A DNA stretch of 64,000 nt from sequence record MZ501052; one strand, 5' to 3'. Source of the stretch: Escherichia phage AugustSocin. Both the position numbers and the translations under genes were made by a program. The notes under the pieces were generated by a model that saw only the letters and a list, made by a program, of their open reading frames with translations, did not search any database and was not told the DNA's origin. Below are positions 58,301 through 64,000 of the stretch, piece after piece; the stretch's first letter is position 1, and each line of letters begins with the position of its first letter.

Positions 58301-59267
58301 TAGAGTGTGGGGAAATCAATTTAGTGGGGAATTAGATACAACACGTTCTACCGTATTTGAAGTTAGTGATGAAACATCTAGTCATTTTTATTCTCAGCGC
58401 AATAAAGCCGGAAATATAACATTTAATATCAACGGTACAGTAACACCGATAAATGTTAATGCTTCAGGAACATTGAATGCAAATGGCGTAGCAACATTTG
58501 GTAATTCAGTCACTGCAACTGGTGAAATTATTTCTCGAAGCGCAAATGCTTTCCGTGCTATTAACGGAAATTATGGTTTCATTGTTCGCAATGATGGATC
58601 AGTAACGAATTTTATGCTTACTGCATCGGGTGATCAGACTGGTGGATTTAATGGATTACGTCCTTTGGCTATTAATAATGCATCTGGTCAAGTAACGATT
58701 GGTGAAAGCTTAATCATCGCCAAAGGTGCTACTATAAATTCTGGTGGTTTAACTGTTAATTCGAGAATTCGTTCTCAAGGTACTAAAACTTCTGATTTAT
58801 ATACCCGTGCGCCAACATCTGATACTGTAGGATTCTGGTCAATTGATATTAATGATTCAGCTACTTATAACCAGTTCCCAGGTTATTTTAAAATGGTTGA
58901 AAAAACTAATGAAGTGACTGGTCTTCCATATTTAGAACGTGGCGAAGAAGTTAAATCTCCTGGTACACTGACTCAGTTTGGTAACACACTTGATTCGCTT
59001 TACCAAGATTGGATTACTTATCCAACAACTCCAGAAGCGCGTACCACTCGTTGGACCCGCACATGGCAGAAAACCAAAAATTCTTGGTCAAGTTTTGTTC
59101 AGGTATTTGATGGAGGTAACCCTCCTCAACCGTCTGATATCGGTGCTTTACCATCTGATAATGCTACAATGGGGAATCTTACTATTCGTGATTTCTTACG
59201 AATTGGTAATGTTCGCATTATTCCTGACCCAGTGAATAAAACTGTTAAATTTGAATGGGTTGAATAA
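55398..59267 (+). CDS. 34: long tail fibre proximal subunit
   Basis: 1289 aa, T4 gp34 length; repetitive T/S/G-rich fibre sequence; late promoter upstream. Confidence 0.95.
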   Translation: MAEIKRKFRAEDGLDAGGDKIINVALADRTVGTDGVNVDYLIQENTVQQYDPTRGYLKDFVIIYDNRFWAAINDIPKPAGAFNSVRWRALRTDANWTTVSSGPYQLKSGESISVNTAAGNDITFTLPSSPIDGDTIVLQDIGGKPGVNQVLITAPVQSIVNFRGQQVRSVLMTHPKSQIVLIFSNRLWQMYVADYSREAAVVTPASLYQAQSNDFIVRRFTSASAINIKLPRFANHGDIINFVDLDKLNPLYHTIVTTYDETTSVQEVGTHSIEGRTSIDGFLMFDDNEKLWRLFDGDSKARLRIITTNSNIRPNEEVMVFGANNGTTQTIELQLPTDISIGDNVKISMNYMRKGQTVKIKAAGEDKIASSVQLLQFPKRSEYPPETKWVTVQELVFNGETNYVPVLQLAYIEDSDGKYWVVQQNVPTVERVDSLNNSTRARLGVIALATQAQANADLENSPQKELAITPETLANRTATETRRGIARIATTAQVNQDTTFSFADDLIITPKKLNERTATETRRGVAEIATQQETNAGTDDTTIITPKKLQARQGSESLSGIVTFVSTAGATPASSRELNGTNVYNKNTNNLVVSPKALDQYKATPTQQGAVILAVESEVIAGQSQEGWANAVVTPETLHKKTSTDGRIGLIEIATQSEVNTGTDYTRAVTPKTLNDRRATESLSGIAEIATQVEFDAGVDDTRISTPLKIKTRFNSTDRTSVVALSGLVESGTLWDHYTLNILEANETQRGTLRVATQVEAAAGTLDNVLITPKKLLGTKSTEAQEGVIKVATQSETVAGTSANTAVSPKNLKWIVQSEPTWAATTAIRGFVKTSSGSITFVGNDTVGSTQDLELYEKNSYAVSPYELNRVLANYLPLKAKAADSNLLDGLDSSQFIRRDIAQTVNGSLTLTQQTNLSAPLVSSSTATFGGSVTANSVLTISNTGTATRLIFEKGPQTGTNPAQTMTVRVWGNQFSGELDTTRSTVFEVSDETSSHFYSQRNKAGNITFNINGTVTPINVNASGTLNANGVATFGNSVTATGEIISRSANAFRAINGNYGFIVRNDGSVTNFMLTASGDQTGGFNGLRPLAINNASGQVTIGESLIIAKGATINSGGLTVNSRIRSQGTKTSDLYTRAPTSDTVGFWSIDINDSATYNQFPGYFKMVEKTNEVTGLPYLERGEEVKSPGTLTQFGNTLDSLYQDWITYPTTPEARTTRWTRTWQKTKNSWSSFVQVFDGGNPPQPSDIGALPSDNATMGNLTIRDFLRIGNVRIIPDPVNKTVKFEWVE

Positions 59268-59275
59268 GAGGTATT

Positions 59276-60391
59276 ATGGAAAAATTTATGGCAGAGTTTG
59301 GACAAGGATATGTCCAAACGCCATTTTTATCGGAAAGCAATTCAGTAAGATATAAAATAAGTATAGCGGGTTCTTGCCCGCTTTCTACCGCAGGACCATA
59401 CGTTAAATTTCAGGATAATCCTGTAGGAAGTCAAACATTTAGTGCAGGTCTTCATTTAAGAGTTTTTGACCCTTCCACGGGAGCATTGGTTGATAGTAAG
59501 TCATATGTTTTTTCTACTTCAAATGATACAACATCTGCTGCTTTTGTTAGTTTCATGAATTCTTTTTCAAGCAATAGACTTGTTGCCATATTAACTAGCG
59601 GAAAGGTTAATTTTCCTCCTGAAGTAGTATCTTGGTTAAGAACGGCAGGAACATCTGCTTTTCCATCTGATTCTTTATTGTCAAGATTTGATGTATCATA
59701 TGCTGCCTTTTACACTTCTTCTAAAAGAGCTATCGCACTAGAGCATGTTAAACTGAGTAACAGAAAAAGCACAGATGACTATCAAACTATATTAGATGTA
59801 GTATTTGACAGTTTAGAAGATGTTGGAGCGACAGGATTTCCTAAAAGAACATATGAAAGCGTTGAGCAATTTATGTCAGCTGTTGATGGAACTAATAACG
59901 AAATTGCACGTCTACCTACAGCATCTGCAATAAGTAAACTTTCTGACTATAATTTAATTCCTGGAGATGTTCTTTATCTTAAAGCACAATTATATGCTGA
60001 TGCTGATTTACTTGCTCTTGGAACTACAAATATATCTATCCGTTTTTATAATGCATCAAATGGATATATTTCCTCGACACAAGCTGAGTTTACCGGACAA
60101 GCTGGGTCTTGGGAATTAAAAGAAGATTATGTAGTTGTTCCTGAAAATGCAGTAGGATTTACGATATACGCACAGAGAACTGCGCAAGCGGGACAAGGCG
60201 GTATGAGAAATTTAAGCTTTTCTGAAGTATCAAGAAATGGCGGCATTTCAAAACCCGCTGAATTTGGCGTCAATGGTATTCGAGTTAATTATGTCTGTGA
60301 ATCTGCTTCACCTCCAGATATAATGGTACTTCCTACGCAAGCATCGTCTAAAACTGGTAAAGTGTTTGGGCAAGAATTTAGAGAAGTATAA
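59276..60391 (+). CDS. 35: long tail fibre hinge connector
   Basis: 371 aa; matches recalled T4 gp35 N-terminus (MEKFMAEFGQGYVQTPFLSESNSVRYKISIAG...). Confidence 0.9.
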   Translation: MEKFMAEFGQGYVQTPFLSESNSVRYKISIAGSCPLSTAGPYVKFQDNPVGSQTFSAGLHLRVFDPSTGALVDSKSYVFSTSNDTTSAAFVSFMNSFSSNRLVAILTSGKVNFPPEVVSWLRTAGTSAFPSDSLLSRFDVSYAAFYTSSKRAIALEHVKLSNRKSTDDYQTILDVVFDSLEDVGATGFPKRTYESVEQFMSAVDGTNNEIARLPTASAISKLSDYNLIPGDVLYLKAQLYADADLLALGTTNISIRFYNASNGYISSTQAEFTGQAGSWELKEDYVVVPENAVGFTIYAQRTAQAGQGGMRNLSFSEVSRNGGISKPAEFGVNGIRVNYVCESASPPDIMVLPTQASSKTGKVFGQEFREV

Positions 60392-60396
60392 ATTGA

Positions 60397-60414
60397 GGGA
60401 GCCTTCGGGTTCCC
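60397..60414 (+). terminator. hairpin terminator after gene 35
   Basis: GGGAGCC-TTCG-GGTTCCC followed by TTTTT; near-identical to the hairpin after gene 23. Confidence 0.7.
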
Positions 60415-60422
60415 TTTTTCTT

Positions 60423-60430
60423 TATAAATA
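60423..60430 (+). promoter_or_regulatory. late promoter (TATAAATA) for gene 36
   Basis: exact TATAAATA 23 nt before the gene 36 ATG, right after a terminator hairpin. Confidence 0.6.
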
Positions 60431-60453
60431 CTATTAAAATAAAGGGGCATACA

Positions 60454-61110
60454 ATGGCTGATTTAAAAGTAGGTTCAACAACCGGAGGCTCTGTCATTTG
60501 GCATCAAGGAAATTTTCCATTGAATCCAGCCGGTGACGATGTACTCTATAAATCATTTAAAATATATTCAGAATATAATAAACCGCAAGCAACTGATAAC
60601 GATTTCGTTTCTAAAGCTAATGGTGGTACTTATTTAAATAAAGTAATTTTTAATAAAGGAATGACTGTTCCTGGTGCTGGGTCAGGTGACAACGGTATTT
60701 TTGCCGGTCCTGGTGATAATGCCACATATGATACTACAAATATGGATATTGTTTCATGGTATGGTATCGGCTTTAAATCATCACAAGGAGCAGCAGGTAG
60801 AACTGTAGTAATTAACACACGAAACGGAGATATTAGCTCAAAGGGTGTAATTGAAGCATCACAAATACGCGCAACTTCGTTATCACCAGTAAATAATTAT
60901 GACCTTACGAGAAAAGATTATGTTGATGGAGCTATAAATATTGTTACAACAAATGCAAACTCTAGAGTATTACGCTCTGGAGACACTATGACAGGAAATT
61001 TAACTGCGCCAAACCTTTTTTCACAGAATCCTGCATCTCAACCCTCGCATGTTCCGCGATTTGACCAAATCGTAATTAAGGATTCTGTTCAAGATTTCGG
61101 CTATTATTAA
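60454..61110 (+). CDS. 36: long tail fibre distal connector
   Basis: 218 aa; MADLKVGSTTGGSVIWHQGNFPLNPAGDDVLYKSF as in T4 gp36; central part differs from my recollection of T4. Confidence 0.9.
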   Translation: MADLKVGSTTGGSVIWHQGNFPLNPAGDDVLYKSFKIYSEYNKPQATDNDFVSKANGGTYLNKVIFNKGMTVPGAGSGDNGIFAGPGDNATYDTTNMDIVSWYGIGFKSSQGAAGRTVVINTRNGDISSKGVIEASQIRATSLSPVNNYDLTRKDYVDGAINIVTTNANSRVLRSGDTMTGNLTAPNLFSQNPASQPSHVPRFDQIVIKDSVQDFGYY

Positions 61111-61128
61111 GAGGACTTATGGCTACTT

Positions 61129-64000
61129 TAAAACAAATACAATTTAAAAGAAGCAAAACGGCAGGTCAACGTCCAGCTGCTTCAGTATTAGCCGAAGGTG
61201 AATTGGCTATAAACTTAAAAGACCGTGTACTTTTTACTAAAGATGACCAGGGAAATATTATTGATTTAGGTTTTGCTAAAGGCGGTAGTATTGACGGGAA
61301 TGTTATTCATAAAGGCAATTATAACCAAACTGGAGATTATACTTTAAACGGTACATTCACCCAGACTGGTAATTTTAATTTAACCGGTATTGCTCGAGTA
61401 ACTCGTGATATTATTGCTGCTGGGCAGATTATGACTGAAGGCGGAGAACTTATTACAAAAAGTTCAGGTACATCACATGTTCGTTTTCATGATTCAGCTG
61501 ACCGTGAACGTGGAATCATTTTTTCTCCTGCTAATGATGGATTAACTACACAAGTAATTAACATCAGAGTTCAAGATTACAAAGCCGGTTCAGAAAGCAC
61601 TTTCGCTTTTAATGGAAATGGTTTGTTTTCTTCCCCGGAAGTTTTTGGGTGGAAATCTGTATCAACTCCGGTAATTTATACCAATAAAGTTATCACCAAT
61701 AAAAAAGTTAAAGATGATTATGACATCTATTCGATGGCAGACAATGTTCCATTGTCTGAAAGCACTACTGCTATTAATCATCTACGTGTCATGCGCAATG
61801 CAGTCGGTTCTGGTATTTTCCATGAAGTTAAAGATAATGATGGAATAACTTGGTATAGTGGAGATGGATTAGATGCTTATCTGTGGTCATTTACCTGGAG
61901 CGGCGGAATTAAATCAAGTCACTCAATTTCCATCGGTTTAACACCCGGACCTAAGGATTACTCAATATTAGGACCGTCTAGTATCGCTTTAGGAGATAAT
62001 GATACTGGATTTAAATGGCATCAAGACGGATATTATTTCAGTGTTAACAATGGCACAAAAACGTTTTTATTTAGTCCAAGCGAAACAACTAGCCTAAGAA
62101 AATTTGTAGCTGGATATTCTACTAACGGAACCGATTTAACTACTCCTCCAACTGAAAATTATGCTCTTGCTACTGTAGTGACATACCATGATAATAACGC
62201 GTTTGGGGATGGTCAGACTCTTTTAGGATATTATCAAGGCGGTAACTATCATCATTATTTCCGCGGCAAGGGCACTACAAACATTAATACTCACGGCGGG
62301 TTGTTAGTTACTCCAGGCAATATTGACGTTATTGGTGGTTCTGTTAATATCGATGGTAGAAATAATGCTTCTACAGCGATGTTTAAAGGTAACACAACAG
62401 GTAGTAGTTCTGTGGATAACATGACAATTTCTGTGTGGGGTAATACATTTATTAATCCAAGCGAAGGCACCCGCAAAAATGTCATGGAAATTTCCGATGC
62501 AACTAGCTGGATGAGCTATATTCAAAGACTTACTACTGGTGAAGTAGAAATGAACGTTAACGGTTCATTTGAATCATCTGGTGTTACTGCTGGAAATAGA
62601 GGAGTTCACACAACAGGCGAAATTTCATCTGGAGCAATGAATGCGCTTCGCATTTGGAATGCAGATTATGGAGCCATTTTTAGACGTTCAGAAGGAAGTC
62701 TTCATATTATTCCAACTGCTTACGGTGAAGGCAAAAATGGTGATATCGGTCCACTTCGTCCATTTAGTATTGCTTTGGATACTGGTAAGGTTGTTATTCC
62801 AGATTTAGAATCAAGTTATAACACGTTTGCTGCAAATGGTTACATTAAATTTGCTGGTCATGGGGCTGGTGCCGGCGGTTATGATATTCAGTATTCACAA
62901 GCTGCTCCTATTTTCCAAGAAATCGATGATGCTGCTGTAAGCAAATATTATCCTATTGTTAAACAGAAGTTTTTAAACGGTAAAGCCGTTTGGTCTTTAG
63001 GTACTGAAATTAATTCAGGTACTTTTGTTTTACACCATTTAAAAGAAGATGGGACACAAGGACATACATCAAGATTTAATGCTGATGGTACAGTTAATTT
63101 CCCCGATAACGTTCAGGTCGGCGGCGGTGAAGCTACTATTGCTCGTAATGGTAATATTTTCTCAGATATTTGGAAATCGTTTACTTCTGCGGGAGAAACC
63201 ACAAATATTCGCGATGCAATAGCTACTCGTGTTTCTAAAGAAGGCGACACGATGACTGGTAAATTGACTTTATCAGCAGGCAATGATGCTCTCGTTTTAA
63301 CTGCAGGCACGGGCGCTTCATCGCACATCCGTAGTGATGTAGGTGGTACAAGTAATTGGTATATTGGTAAAGGCGGTGCCGACAATGGTCTAGGTTTTTA
63401 CAGTTATGTTACACAAGGCGGTGTATATATAACAAATAACGGAGAAATATCACTTTCTCCTCAAGGACAAGGAACATTTAATTTTAATAGAGACCGCCTC
63501 TATATAAACGGTACACAATGGACCGCACATCAAGCTGGTGACTGGGCTAACCAATGGCGTCAAGAAGCACCGGTATTTGTAGATTTTGGTAATGTCGGTA
63601 ATGATAGTTATTATCCTATTATTAAAGGAAAATCCGGTATTACTGATGAAGGATACATATCTGGTGTAGATTTTGGTATGCGACGCATTACTAATACATG
63701 GGCACAAGGTATTATCCGTGTAGGTAATCAGGAAAACGGTTCCGACCCACAAGCTATCTATGAATTTCACTCTAATGGTACTTTTTATGCTCCGAGCTTA
63801 CTTAAGAGCGGTAGAGTATCAGCTGGTGGTGGTGACCCTGCATGGGGCGGGCCGTGTATTGTACTTGGAGATAACGATACCGGTTTGCTTTGGGAAAACG
63901 ATGGTATTTTCAACGCATATGCAAACGGCCAAGGTGTGTTTAGTTTTAGACCTGGTTTAGCTCAGACATTCGGTGGTGTTAACTTCCACTGTAATGCAGG
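61129..64000 (+). CDS. 37: long tail fibre distal subunit, 5' partial (continues beyond the window)
   Basis: ATG at 61129 opens a frame that stays open to the window end (MATLKQIQFKRSK...AINLKDR...DLGFAKGG); not in the ORF track because no stop is present. Confidence 0.85.

Noticed and set aside
62291-63960. ORFs of 64-106 aa on both strands inside gene 37
   Set aside because: Gene 37 is open across this whole region in its own frame; these are alternative-frame or antisense artefacts.

Overview
This window reads as one contiguous piece of a T4-like (T-even) Escherichia-type myovirus genome, colinear with the phage T4 map from gene 16 (small terminase) to the 5' part of gene 37 (distal long tail fibre), which runs off the 3' end. 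Every gene call rests on my own reading of the six-frame translations and on recalled T4 protein lengths and sequences; no database search was run. Plus-strand blocks carry head and tail morphogenesis (16, 17, 18, 19, 20, 67, 68, 21, 22, 23, 24), the baseplate hub and tail tube (51, 27, 28, 29, 48, 54), uvsW, and the tail fibre genes 34-37. Minus-strand blocks carry rnlB, hoc, inh, uvsY, 25, 26, and a long early/middle region (alt, DNA ligase 30, rIII, 31, cd, pseT, spanins, alc, rnlA, denA, nrdB, nrdA, td, frd, 32, 59, 33, dsbA, rnh). Regulatory punctuation is typical of T4: TATAAATA late promoters, sigma70-like early promoters, a MotA-box middle promoter before uvsY, the gene 32 leader, and many GC-rich tetraloop hairpins. 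I see no rRNA, tRNA, CRISPR array, intron, intein or integrase. Nothing here looks like a wholly new system; the points worth a second look are local. The clearest is a gene between 32 and 59 that appears split by a 5-bp tandem duplication. Others are two tandem Alt-like ADP-ribosyltransferase genes, a NADAR-family protein and a HAD-type phosphatase just downstream of ligase, an ORF sitting between frd and td, five small ORFs between frd and 32, a 203-bp gap without an obvious gene beside rIII, and a gene 37 that diverges from my recollection of T4 after about 55 residues. Small ORF names (24.x, 30.x, cd.x, pseT.x, frd.x) are positional guesses.
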